Shown piece by piece: positions 1 to 12,913 of a DNA stretch of 64,000 nucleotides. The stretch spans positions 1,736,001 to 1,800,000 of the forward strand of contig NW_027191413.1 of the NCBI RefSeq assembly GCF_041146345.1, given 5' to 3'. The position numbers were made by a program, and so were the translations under genes. Origin of the DNA: Neodothiora populina. Its lineage: Eukaryota. Numbering within the stretch: position 1 is the first letter of the stretch; every line of letters starts with the position of its first letter. The notes under the pieces were generated by a model that worked only from the letters and a program-made list of their open reading frames with translations, was not told the origin of the DNA and ran no database searches.

Positions 1-1
1 A

Positions 2-472
2 ACAAGAGAGGATGACGATCTGATCGACGACCGATCCGACAACGGCTACGGCGATTCCGACAGTGGTGCCTCCGATGCAGAAGGTGCCAAGAAGAAGCGA
101 AAGCCAGCGAGAGGCAGTCTGACACCGGCCGAAGATGGCGGCGAGGGCGAGGCGCGAAAGACGAAACGCAGAAAACTCGAGCGCAAGTCAAAAGCTGTCA
201 AGGAGAATTCCAAGTTCAAGTCATCAGAAGTCGTTGTCGATAGCGATTCTGATGACGAGGCTGTGCGTGAAGCCAACAACAACACGGCTCTAGCGAGCAA
301 GCTCAACGAGGATGCCGTTGATCAAGAAAATGCCCGGTTGGACGAGCAGTTGGATAACATGAGCGATGGAGACGAAGAGGAAGCCGTCGCAGCACAACCC
401 AGGAGGAAGAAGCGGGCCGTGGTTGATGAAGACGACGACGACGACGAAGAAGACGTTGCCATGGACGAGTAG
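2..472 (+). CDS. 3' end of a large nuclear protein, probably Paf1 complex subunit Ctr9 (partial)
   Basis: Frame 2 is open from the window edge to TAG at 470-472. It encodes an acidic/basic low-complexity tail with KRRKLERK and 'SKFKSSEVVVDSDSDDE', which resembles fungal Ctr9 C-termini. Confidence 0.5.
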   Translation, partial: TREDDDLIDDRSDNGYGDSDSGASDAEGAKKKRKPARGSLTPAEDGGEGEARKTKRRKLERKSKAVKENSKFKSSEVVVDSDSDDEAVREANNNTALASKLNEDAVDQENARLDEQLDNMSDGDEEEAVAAQPRRKKRAVVDEDDDDDEEDVAMDE

Positions 473-1205
473 TGACTTTTGTTCTTCTCTGGCATCTCTA
501 TCAGGACAGCGGTCCAAGACAATACATTGTCATTAATCGCTCGGAGTTTCTGGGGAGAAAGGGAGGCAGGAAAGGTATATGTATACGAAACCCAAGGTGC
601 GGTAGGCCATGCAATACCTGGTCTTTTTCTCTTCTCTACTTTCCAAACAAAATGACAGGATATAATCCAATTCTCAAAGTCGAGCAACAGAAGTCTTCGT
701 CTTTACATACCACCTTGCCCACGACGAAATCGAGCCCCTCTTCTATGCAACCTATCTCACTCCCTCGGCGCCGAGACTTTCGTTCGTCCATTCGCTTTCG
801 TGCGTATCCCAGAAAGCCCCGTTTGTCTTGGATTGTGATCGCATCGAAGTGAGTGAATCGCCCCGACGACGGAAATGACCACGAAACGAAACGAGCGTAC
901 CACGAACGCCAACCGGACTTCACATTCGCATTTCACTCTGTAAAGCGGCTGGAGGTGCTATTCCCGCTCTGGCGTTTTTTCTTCCCCTCGCGCAAGTTCG
1001 TCTCGCATCGCTCACGTTCACTTCGCGCGCTCACTTCGCGCGCCTTTTTATCTGGCCGTTCTCGCCTCGTTCTTCTTCTCCTTTTCACGAACGTCCTTCT
1101 TCCATTGCAAGAGAGAAAGACGAAGCCACTACTTACTTTTGACTCGAGAAATACGATACAAGAAAGGAATCACTTCAAAGGAAAGTTGCATCAGAAGCTT
1201 CCGAG

Positions 1206-2221
1206 ATGACTGACGCCAACACTCCTTTCACGCCCAGTGAGGCCAAGATCATCTTGTCTATCATGAAGAATTTGGAGGGCGACATTAAGGTAAGTCTTCT
1301 CTTTTTCTTCTCTTTCCTTTTCTTCTTCCTCGTCGTGTTCTCGAAGTCAAATTCAACCCCTGCCCGACGCTCACTTCCTCGTATCTGCATTTGTCTTTTT
1401 TCGAATTACTTACCTACCCAATTCGTTATCTCCTGACTTTGACACTTCTCTCCTCTGTCCCCTCTCCACGAAAAAGAGCGAGACGAGTCCTCTCCTCGCG
1501 CAGACATCGAAAGCGGAACTAACGAGAGAAAAAAAACTCATAGGCAGACTTCGCCGCCGTCGCAGTCGACTGCAACCTGAAAGACGCCAACATCGCCAAA
1601 ACCCGCTGGCGCCAGATTCTCTGCTCCAAGAAGCTCAACAATCTGAGCCCTTCCAGCAACACCCCCACGGGCACTACTGGAGCTGGTCCATCTACCACTA
1701 CCGCCGGCAGCCCCTCGGGCATCGCCAAGAAGAAATCTCCTCGCGCGAACAAGAAAGGCGTCGCTCGTGCTCGCCCTCGTCTCTCCTTCGCTGACGACGA
1801 CGAAGACGAAGACGAAGACTCGGACTTCGTCGCTCCCCGCACCATCACCCGCAGCGGCCGCAGCGCAGGCATGAAGGGCATCGTGGCAGCCACCGGTAAC
1901 ACCAACCGCAAGATGATCCAAGCCAACCGCAAGGCCCACGCCAACACCAAGGTCCACGCCACCACCAAGGGAAAGGGCAAGGGCAAGGTTTCCGTCTTCA
2001 AGGACGACGACGACGACGAGTATCAGGACGTCGATATGGACCCTACTGGTCCTACTCTCACCACCTGGCGTGACTTCGGCACTGAAGCTCACGACGGCGA
2101 CGACGAGATCGAGGCCGATGACGAGGCAGAGTCCGTTGGCGTCAAGGCTCAGAAGAAGATCGGCAAGGGAAAGGGCGCCCGTCGTGGTGTCGTCAAGGCT
2201 GAGCAGGACGAGGACGAGTAG
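1206..2221 (+). CDS. small fungal Myb-like domain protein with basic/acidic disordered tail
   Basis: Exon 1 is 1206-1289 (MTDANTPFTPSEAKIILSIMKNLEGDIK). The intron 1290-1543 has GTAAGT, CTAAC and TAG. Exon 2 (1544-2221) is in frame: ADFAAVAVDCNLKDANIAKTRWRQI, then a K/D-rich tail. Confidence 0.7.
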
Positions 2222-2839
2222 GCGGGCTTTTGTCTCTCCTCTTTTCGCGAGGTCTTTCACTTCTCGGTCTGGCATTTGCTTTTGGGGGAAGGAGTTGGAG
2301 GTTTATCGGGTCTCTCTGTAATTCTTCTCTTCTTTTCGTAGGGAAGCTGTCATCAGAGTTGATGCTTGCATGGAGTCATGGTACCCCCTTTGGGTTCAGA
2401 TGGATAGGTAGGGAGAGCAGGGCTTTTCCATAGGGGGTCGGGTGTTCGGCGTTCCCGTATCTGTTCTGCGTTATGCGTTGAGAAATACTGGACTTTATCT
2501 GCCCCTTTACCCATCCTTTATCCTATAGTCAGAAATACACCGAAATTATGCAACACTTGAATATCTCCCGAATCAGTCTGACCTTCACGGTCAACTGCGA
2601 AAGGAGAGCGAAAAGTGCAATGCAATGCACCTGTTACACTGAAGACGTTCTGCTTGAGTTCCGCCTCCACTAGCTAGCACATGAATTGTCTGCAAATACT
2701 TCGTGAATTCGTAAAAATGGTATCATTGAAAAGGCTACGATTACTTCTACTCCTCCCACTTGCCAACCGGATCTTTGTTTCTGGGTATGAGCAAGGTCTA
2801 CCAAAGTCTCATAGCCTTTGAAAAGACGAAGGGAAAAAA

Positions 2840-3088
2840 TCACGATTTCGCGAGGAAAAGCTCCATGACCTTCATCTTGCGCTCGTCGAGCGCCGCCTTC
2901 TCCTTGTCTTTGACGGGCACAGGGCTACGGATGATTATGGGCGCGAATATCGACGACATTGCTCTGACGAGCGTTTCGCGGTGCGAGACCAGGGGGTCTT
3001 TGCTGGTTGCTTTCCAGCGCACGAGAGCTGCTGGGCGGAGATAGAGGGGAGGTAGAGCGGGGGCGGGTTGTGCTGCTGCTGCTGCTGC

Positions 3089-3119
<31 letters not shown>

Positions 3120-6068
3120 GCTTGATTCGCAATAGCGGCGGCAGAAGAAGAAGCGGCGGCGTGGGCTGACGCAATCTCATTGATGATTCGATCGAGCATT
3201 GCACAGATCAAAATAAACGAAATGCTGTGCGCGGGTTGCTGCGACAAGACTTCTTGGATCCATGTTCGCTGCTCTTCTTCGCTGAATTGCTTGCGCTCCT
3301 TTTCCGCTTTTTGCATCCCGCTGTCGACCTGCGTCCATATCGCTTGGGTGACTACGCCATCGGAGAACCCTGTGAGAAACAACAGCAGGAAATTGGCGAG
3401 GCACTCTAGTCGTTCCAATGGTGCTATCGTCACGGGCAAGCCTTGCTCTAGTGGTGAGTCTGTGTCGAGCGCTTCGCACACGGCTGCGAGTCGGTCGGCT
3501 CGTTCGAGTGGGTCTGTACTGATCCATGACTCTTCGGCGAAAGGCCATCCCGCCACCTTCTCCCAGGGAGCTTGCTGTTCGTCGCCGGATGTCATGCTCC
3601 ATTCAGCGACAGAGCGGACGGTCAGGTCTTCTACGGCTTCCGTCAGTCGGAACAGCTCTCGAGGTGCGGACCACTTTACCGGCTCGCTACTCTCCGACGA
3701 ATCCTTCGACGTGCTACTGTCTGGTCGCTGGCGCTGCAGCCGACGTATTCCTCCCTCTGGAATTCGAATCAATTTGTTGATGGAATGTCCAAGAGACGAT
3801 TCTAGCCAGGTTCCACGGAGTGGGATGAAGTGGTCTCTTCCACCTTCCACACGCAGCACGAGAATGTCGTCTAATAATTTGATGCCCTCGTTAAATGCTC
3901 GCGCCAGACCTACATCCAGTATACGAAGTTCCAAGTCAACAGTGAATGTCTCCCCTGGCTCAAGGGTTCGTGTTGCAGTGGCACTGGATATCTTATTTCC
4001 ATTGTCGGACTTCAGGGTGAGCCACACTGGCGCAATGCCGGGACTCTGACCCGCACCGACTGGACGATCGACGAAACTCATGGTTGCAGGTACTCGGCCC
4101 GTATTCGCTATAGTGAGATGGCGGTGCTTGTGCATTGCATAACGAACTTCTCCGAAAGTCACACCTTCAAACTTTGCTGGGTCGTCGTCTGTCTTTTCTT
4201 CTTCTCCATGGTGTCTGTCAACGACCACTGCCACATCTGTCAATCACGATTCATCTCAGTATGTTTCGGATGAACATACCTGTCACGCTTGGTCGCCCTT
4301 CATTCTCAACCCTGTCTAGCTCTCGCGCCACTTCCTGGACGACCTTGGCTTTGAGTTCCGGCACGACAGAATCGTACTTGAGCGTGTAAACTGCTGTTAG
4401 CGGTTTATGATCCGACGACAGGACACGCTGATGTGCAGTATAATATTCCAGAACAATCTCGTCCTCGAACCCTTCTCTAGTGATGACAACACCTGGGTCG
4501 GCCTCGGCCACTTCGTCATAAGTTGTTGACTCTCCTGCTGCATCTTCGTCAGGATCGTAATCGTACAACAAGTCTTCATCCTTCGCGGCCTGCTCAACGC
4601 CACTGTTCCTCAATTCCTCGTCTCTCTTTTTGACCTCTTCCGCCTCGGCGAGCTTGCCTTCGTACGCTAATCTGTCGCGCCTCGTGCGATACAGGATCCG
4701 ATCGCACCAACTCGGTGCTCGCCGCTTTTCACTGGAGTCAAAAACACCGACGCTTCCGGCGTCGTACTTGTATGTAGGCAGAAAGGTAATGGGTCCCTCC
4801 TGCCAATCCTGGAATGCCTTGCCCTTCTTGATCTGCTGTTGTAGTTCATCATGTGGTAACAGAGACATGAGTGTGGTCTGCAAAGAGGCAGGATCATTCT
4901 CAGGATTAAGAGCATCCAAACTAAGACCGCTGTCCGAGTCATCATCGCTATCGTCTTTCGTCGAATAGGACGCGGATGAGACGGTGGACATGCTGCGTCT
5001 CCTGGCAACTTTAGAAGAGTCTTTCTCAATTTCGGCGTCTATCTTTTTGCCGGCATTCGCAGATAGATCGTATTCGTTTCTTGTGTGAAGCATCAGAAGC
5101 CTTCGTACATCCTCTCCGGGGATCCCTTTAATCCTGTAGTTCAGATCGCCCACGAAGAATGCAAAGTCCTCGTCGCCTATGGTCTCGCCGATACTTTGAT
5201 GCAGGTCCATGGAATCGGTAATAGGCTGAAACTTTGTCCTTGACAGAACCTGGGAGTAATCCCAATTGCGCCTCTCCAGAGAGCCCTTGTCAGCTCCGGC
5301 AGCTAGATGAGCGTTGATGAAGACGAGACGTGTGGTTTCGCCGAGAACCAAGCGAGCAGTGACAGCTCCTTTGTTCCCCATATAACCCATCAAGCCAGTT
5401 CCCACGCTCGTTGTGCTGACTGACTTGATGTCAGGAGCAAGGTCCGGAGATGCATATGCGAGTAGTAGCATGCCTATCAGTTGCTGCTCAGCCACAAGGG
5501 TGTAGCCTTTGGGCAGAGCCTCCTCGAGACTCTTCTTGAACTTGGTGGAAACATTTGGATCTGTGTAAGGACGCAGTGCCTCCGTAGCCGAGTTGATGTC
5601 CACGACTTCCTGCAACCCAAGCAGATAAAGATCTACCTCCTCGCCGCCCGGCAGAGATCCTGGGTCATCTCTCGGAAGCGCTGTCGATTTCCGGGCATAA
5701 CGAGACTCCTGCATATCCACAGACTCCCGCTCGTCGAGGCTATTTGGCTCTGGTATATCCTCGCCATGGGGCTCTGACTGACTCGCGGCTTCGAGGTCAG
5801 TCAAGGAGTTGGCAACGCCTTGGCCTTTGACGAACCAGCCTCCAATATCGTTCTCTGTACCTTTGAAGCTTGCACAGTTCCATGTTCCAACTTTGATCCT
5901 TATCGATCTGGGTTTTACATATCGCTCTCTACGGGCATGGACAGCTTGCGATAATGATTGAAATGTTTCCCCCGCTGACGTATTGTTATTCTCTGTCGGG
6001 AATGCCCCCGGAACATCTTGCAGTAGACTGCTTGAAGTACTGCTGGGTCTCGGTTTCGGATCCGACAT
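2840..6068 (-). CDS. type II inositol polyphosphate 5-phosphatase (OCRL/INPP5B-like, with ASH and RhoGAP-like C-terminal region)
   Basis: 5-phosphatase motifs GTWN, GLQE, GNKGAV, NAHL, GDLNYR, PTYKY, PSWCDRIL and SDHKP. One intron at about 4279-4228 (GTATGT..CAG) joins the two long ORFs. Confidence 0.92.
3071..3120. repeat. coding trinucleotide microsatellite (TGC)6(TGT)10, giving poly-Thr/poly-Ala in the 5-phosphatase
   Basis: Directly visible perfect repeats, in frame on the minus strand. Confidence 0.95.
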
Positions 6069-6366
6069 GTCAGTAGTCCTATCGACGAGTCCACATGTGG
6101 AAGCGGATATCACAAGTTCGAGAAAACCAAAAATTGCTCAGCTCGGTGGGAAGTCTATCATCATGCGCCTAGATCGTCATGATCAACCATATGATCAACA
6201 GTATAAGGTAGCGGAGGGCGCGGGAACCAAGACTTGGCGTGCAGGTCCGCCGCTTCGTTCGGCCCAGCCCTAGCTAGGACTGGACAATGGCGTTCAAGAT
6301 TATTGAACATCCATCTTCGGAATTAATACTTGCAGGTTGCGACTTATTCTACGCAAGACACACAAG

Positions 6367-6908
6367 ATGGCGGTACCACGATCACGGATACTTGACCTTG
6401 TCAAGGTGCGCAAGTTCTGTCTCTCATATCGTGCGCGACCCAAGCTAATGTCCTGGCCTCTCCTCAGACACAATGCCGCGTCTTCAACACAACCTTCAAC
6501 CCAGAGGGCCTCCGCCTGGGTAACAAGATCTTGCGCCAACGATTAAAGGGTCCTTCTCTCGCAGCATACTACCCTCGCCGCGTTGTTACCTTCAAGGACC
6601 TCCAGAAGGCATACCCTAAATTCGAGACCTACGACGACTTTGAAGAAGACCGTGTGGAACATGTTCAAATGTATGCATTGCGATTGGCCTCCGACGGACG
6701 GCGTGGATACAGCTGGGCGAGGATTTACCAGAGAAGGAACTTGGTGCTGACACTTGCTACAGTACCAAATCGAGAGGCAAGGGCGCACCCAAGAAGAAGC
6801 GGACGGCAGCAGGTGAGTGGTTCAGAACAAACTCTGGAGACAAGACAAGCATACTGACGATGATATCTACCAGAATCGAAGAAGTTCGGTAAGGGAAAGA
6901 AGAAGTAG
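6367..6908 (+). CDS. RSM27: mitochondrial ribosomal small subunit protein mS33 (Rsm27)
   Basis: Spliced product MAVPRSRILDLVK-TQCRVFNTTFNPEGLRLGNKILRQRLKGPSLAAYYP...KSRGKGAPKKKRT...GKKK*, with three GT-AG introns. Confidence 0.9.
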
Positions 6909-7628
6909 TGTTACGCGTGTCTACAAGAACCCCTGGTGTTTGCGCTCTGCAACCCGGGATGACAAGGCGTTTCGGAGTTGGATGCTTTATAAGAGCCCTC
7001 ATCGATGGGTTCATCTTGTCATGTATCAATATCCTTGTACAAATATCAGACATTGGATCCCCAAAATGCGTTCTCATGTGTGATCTGGTCGTCGACTCAC
7101 GGAAGCCGGAGATTGTATCAGAATACATGTCGGCTATCTGAAAGTGCACTACTGACGATATCCAAACCTTCCTGCGGGCACTCTCACATCGGAGGTTCTC
7201 TTCCTCTGTACTATCCAGGGCGGATCGTGTCCAATTCACAAGCATGGAAGCTCAGTCCAGTCTGTCTCTTGCACTTGTCATTGCCCAATCGGATTTACCT
7301 GTTCTGGACCGCTCGTGACCGTTTTGGCTCTGCATCATGGACTAATTCCCCATAACAAGGTAAGATATCTTCAAGAGCATGGTGTCATGTGCTGCACGAC
7401 CAACAGTTGTTGCCACGACAGCACAAGGGCCGCATGCTCTGGCTCGACGCAACGAACACAGGACATATATTGCATAAACCAGAAAGTTGCCGGTGGGTGT
7501 AGACTCTCGTCTGTCGTCTTGCTGTACCAGACCTGGAAGCTCGAATCGGCTCCGATTGCTCTTCCAAGGAGATTTGTGGGACCTGTTTCTCAGCAGAGTA
7601 CATGGCACCAAGTGATTCAACTAGCATT

Positions 7629-9429
7629 CTACACCGATGAGGGGACCAGAGAAGTGAGCCTGAAAGTTCGATGTCAGCATGCTTCTTGACAATAACATCG
7701 TCTGAGAGCGTACGTGATAGTTTGTAAGCAGTCATACTTCTGCAGCTCTCTATCGCCTCTGCGATAAACGCGCATGAGCATGTCAATATCCCGCCCTGAT
7801 AATCGCTGATGTATGTTTTGTTTGCCGATAAAGCCAAGAATAGTATTCGATGGGGCGAAGCCGGGGTCGAAAACCAGCAGATTTCGAGAACCATCTTTGC
7901 GACGCTCCAACCCGATGATTGTGAGCGAATGGCCTGGCTGCTGTAAGTATAAAGGTGCTCTGTTTGTAATCGTGATTCTGCCAGTCTTGGTGCAGTGCTC
8001 TTGGAAGTATGATTCCACAAAGTCGAGAACACGTTCATACGCCTTTTGCTTGTTGTTTGTTTGCTTCTCTTCTTCCTTCTTCCTGTCTGAAAGGTACTCA
8101 TTTATCTGATGGGGGATCCCAAGACCTTGGTAGAGTACTGATACCTGATGCAGATCTCAGCAAGGAGCTCAGCCATGGCGGAAGACCGACAACGGCTTTT
8201 TAGAAAACCACTCTTGGCCTGCTGCAACTCAACAGCAATATGCTCACCTCGGTGGTTCCAATCCATTTACGAGTGCCTCTAATCCCCCCGGTGTCCTGCC
8301 TGCCAAATGTATCAATGCCCTGGTCCCAAGCATTCTCTATCAAGTCCTGGATTTTCAGGATGCTTGGTATACGCTTCTTGAACTTCTCATGCCCTACAGC
8401 GCGGGCGCCCTGTATGTACGCTATTTGCATTTGGACATTCAAGTAGCCACAGAACCCAGTATGGCCCTGGCGATTGTGAACATGCTGGACCTGTGGGTGA
8501 CACAGGTACGCTCTTTCGACCGTACGTGAGACATAGGATAGTTCGGCGAGCACAGACACGAGGCCTGGCACTTCATTCTCAACAAGACTCTCACGAACAA
8601 TGCGGCCATCTTTCCCGATCTTGTTGACTTTTCGGATTGGGGCGCCATATCTCAGCTCATCATACATCCATCTGGGCATGTGTTTCTCATGTGCATACGG
8701 TCCAAGATCTTTCCTCTGTTCCGCCTGTTAGTCGGTTCCGAAAACGAGCACTGGGCCCCAGGGTTCGCTCAATGTTGACGTTTGGTAGACATTACTCACC
8801 CCAATTTGTGTACCTCCACCATGGCCGGGGGTGCGTTGCATGCGATCCTCACTCGAAATGACTGAACGCACAGATGATGAACGAGCGGTTGATTCATTTA
8901 TTGTATGTGTCTGACTAGAAATGGATGTAATGATTGAAGATTTGGACGGCCTCCTCGACCGAGACGAATGGCCAGGGTCGCCCTCGTGGCCAGTATCAGA
9001 CTTGGCTGTTTCAGCGATGGTATGGGAGGCGAATGGACTGTCTAGCGATGCATGAATATCCAGATGGTCATTGAAGTCTATTAGATACACATGTTCACCA
9101 CATCCAGTGTGAGGACATTCGACGTAGTCATTCACGGCTTTGTCTATTTCCGTACCTACAGCTGCACGTTCGGCTTGCTGCTCCAGCTCTGTTGAGCCAG
9201 TTGTGCACCTCAGGGAAAGAGCGATGGCTCGTGGACCATCACTGAGCTTGGCGGTATCATGAGGCATGTATCTCTCTTCCGCGTGCTGCAGAGTGAGCGC
9301 GAGGGCAAGTGATTCCTCATTTCTGGTTGCGAAAGGCGATTCGCCACTGTCGGAGTGGTTGGTCTCAACGTGCAAAGTGATAGTGTATGCGTCTGCACTG
9401 CGATAGTCACAGAAGGGACATTCCAGCAT
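7629..9429 (-). CDS. zinc-finger peptidase family C78 (ZUFSP/ZUP1/Mug105-like deubiquitinase)
   Basis: Two N-terminal C2H2-like fingers (CPFC..H..H; CPHTGC..H..H), then DLGPYAHEK, catalytic GFCGYLN, WIGTTE, YLQQPGHS and FDP. Three introns; the last exon LTSLVPSSV* ends at 7629. Confidence 0.85.
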
Positions 9430-10240
9430 TATTACTGGATAAGCCAGATGTCGGTCTACCAGCAAACAGCAGGTCTGCAGAGGTCGAGGCAAGTGCAATA
9501 TGGAGGTGATTGACCGGCCGGTTGAGATCGGCCAAACATGCTTCACGCAGGGGCACTGAATCAGTGAGGTAGCTCGGCGCGACTTGTTGGTTGGTTGGCT
9601 CGACACTGTGGATCTGAGTGGAAGCACGACCCAGAGGTCTGGGGGATGGAGTAGCGTAGCACAGTAGGCATGTGACTCGTACGAGACACTTACTTAGTAT
9701 TGCAGCAACAACACTGCAGGGAAAGGCCAAGGTACTTGTCACAGGTACATGACTCTGAATTGAGCCTCTATATACCTAAGTAGGTAGGTAGCTTGTAAGC
9801 ACATCTGGACTTTACTCGTAGCGGATCACTGCGGCGGGCCACGGCAGGACCACGAAGTAGAAAAGACGAGAGACTGGTGCATGAGATAAACAATTCATAT
9901 AGACTACTGTCGGCGAATCAAGGAACCCAGCCAGGAAAAAGTCTTCAACAACTAGCGAAAAGCGACGTTAGGTGACTAGTACTGTAGCAGTAGGTTGTTC
10001 TCAGCTGTTGCTGTGCTGACCGTAGACTGTCGCCTGCCTGCCCTGACTTTCCCTTTCCTTCCTTTGCGGGGGGCGTCTGGAAGGGAAGGAAGAAAAAGCC
10101 CGCTGCGTCTTTCTGCATCGGCTTCCTCCAGTCTACAGCTTTGGCCCAACGTCGACTCTCAACGACGCACTTCAAGTCCCCATCCATTTGATATCTCTCA
10201 CAACCCATTCCTTCGATCACTACCTGCGTCAAACAACAAA

Positions 10241-11769
10241 ATGTCGGAGCCAATCCGTAATAAGCGCCATGAGCCCCCTGTCGCTCCGTAAGTTCTGTCT
10301 CTGTCTCTGCCTCTGCCTCTGCCACCTACTCGATCCTACACGTCCTAAACAGCTTGCCCATCATGACTGTTCGTGTCATCAAAGCAAACAAGTCATCGAC
10401 TAATGCTCCTGCGACCACTAGTACTCCCCAGAACACTCCTCTCGACAAGGCTCCCATCTCATCTCGCGCACAGCAGCCTGGTGTTGCCAGCATCAAAGAA
10501 GGTGCGCCTGATCCTATCAGACATCTTTCGCCACAACAAACCACTGACCCGTGTCGCAGAGGACTTTGACCGTGCTGCTGCCGCCTCGATATTCGCCTCC
10601 AACCCCAAGCTTGTCTCGATGATGCAGAACAAGCTCAGTGGCCTCGTGGGCAAGTCCTCGGGCTACATTGAGTCCCTCCCTGCCCCCGTTCGCAAGCGTG
10701 TCGCAGGCCTCAAGGGTGTGCAAAAGGAGCACTCCAAGCTCGAGGCCGAGTTCCAGGCCGAGGTCCTCGCCCTCGAGAAGAAGTTCTTCGCCAAGTACGC
10801 CCCTCTGTACGAGAAGCGTGCCAAGATCATCAACGGTGCCGTGGAGCCATCCGAGGCCGAGATCCAGGCTGGAGAGGAGGACGAAGACGAAGATGAGGAC
10901 GAGCAAGAGAAGGACGACTCCGAGGACAAGGACGACGAGTCTGCCGCAGACATCAAGGGTATCCCCGAGTTCTGGCTCTCTGCCATGAAGAACTCGACTC
11001 TCGCCGAGACCATCACCGACAGAGACGAGGGCGCTCTCAAATCCCTCGTCGACATCCGCATGGAGTACCTCGACCGCCCCGGTTTCCGCCTCATCTTCGA
11101 ATTTTCCGACAACGAATACTTTACCAACAAGACCCTCACCAAGACATACTACTACCAGGAGGAGAACGGCTACGGTGGTGACTTCATCTACGACCACGCA
11201 GAAGGCGACAAGATCAACTGGAAGGACGGCAAGGATCTCACCGTCAGGATCGAGAGCAAGAAGCAGCGCAACAAGAGTAATTACGATCAGATCACCTCAC
11301 ACAAGTGCCATTCACATATATTGACCAACTTCTCTAGACACGAAGCAAACCCGAATTGTCAAGAAGACCATCCCCACACCATCTTTCTTTGACTTCTTCA
11401 ACCCCGCCACCCCTCCGACTGACGATGATGACGAGGAGGAGGTTGACGAGGACATTGAGGCCAAGCTCGAGCTCGACTACCAACTCGGTGAGGACATCAA
11501 GGAGAAGCTCATTCCCCGCGCCATCGACTGGTTCACCGGCGAGGCTCTGCAATTCGAACAAGGATTCGATGATTTCGACGAGGATGAGTTCGAGGACGAG
11601 GATGATGAGGATGAGGACGAGCTCAGCCGTGACGAGGATGACGAGGAGGAGTCTGACGAAGAGGTGAGTGTTTTTCGGCCACCGGGAGAAGTGAATCAAG
11701 CTAACGTGTGTCTTCAAGGGTGATGGCTCAAAGCCGAAGCAGGAGACTGCCGAGTGCAAGCAAAGCTAG
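10241..11769 (+). CDS. NAP1: nucleosome assembly protein 1
   Basis: [27 protein letters not shown], acidic tail and C-terminal CaaX 'CKQS'. Four introns. Confidence 0.95.
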
Positions 11770-12913
11770 ATGAGCAGCACGTGCTAGCACCACAAATCAG
11801 CACGCTTGTCACGACAGCCATGTCCGTCAAGGTGTGCAGCCAGATTCGGCTTCGGTGAGCTACCATTTACATTATGGGGCGTCACCATGTACATCATTGC
11901 CTTTCACGCCCAGCATCTACGACACGCTGAAAAGCCACGCTCCTTGACGCTGCATCATTCTTTCCGCGGACCAGCTTAGTGATTCAGAGTGGCGTTTACC
12001 AGTCGATGGCCATGTGATTCTTTTTATTACCTCTATAATTTTCATCTCGGACAGAATTGGGGGAAGGCGCTCGAGGCGAAGGAGGCAGATAGCATCGGCG
12101 GCATGAAACTCTTTGGGGGATTCAGAGCTGTCAGACACCAGTCGCGATTCGCGTACATACTCAAAATGCCACTTTGCACGTCTTTGAATTTTTTTCCTGG
12201 GAATAACTGGACAGTCTATTTGAGGCACAGGTAGGTGTGTGTGTGCGTGTGTGCGCGTATTTCATCGCAGCATGTGGTCTAGAACGTGCTGTGCTGTACA
12301 TCGATCACGGTATGGACAGACGATGAATGAGTGAACGTGCAGATCATTGCCTATCATTCTCTATCGATAGACACTTCTTATGCAGAGACAGCATACGGTA
12401 CAAGGCACACTGCAGCAGCACATCACAGCAGCACATGGCTGACAGCCAGCGTGGGGCCATGTCTCGGAGAAGACTTGCACATACCCCGGGGGCCACATGA
12501 TGCCATAATTGTATCGAGCGGAAAACGCGGTGTCGACACCAGCTAAATGTTGGACAGGATTGAGTAATGAAAACAACTGTAGGAGGGAGAAGAAGGTCTT
12601 GGCTGCTCAGCGAAGAGTGGGCGGCGTGACCTTGAGTCGTTGGAATGAATTGAATTCGATGAATTGCGACATCGCTTGCCAAAAATCACTCTGCGAGACA
12701 ATGGCGGGGTACCTGCCCTCTCTGCTCAGAAAGTGTGAGGTCCCTTCCTTTATGATTCATATTCCTCCTGATTCCTGAATTACTTTTTCTCTGCTGAGTT
12801 ACTCTTTTTGTTTTCCCTTGTCCTGGTATTTCCACACGAGACATACACACATATACTCGTATCATAAACATCGAATACACCCACACGCACACTCTCACAC
12901 ACTCACACACACA

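Noticed and set aside
2935..3204. Poly-Gln ORF
   Set aside because: An alternative frame of the microsatellite inside the 5-phosphatase.
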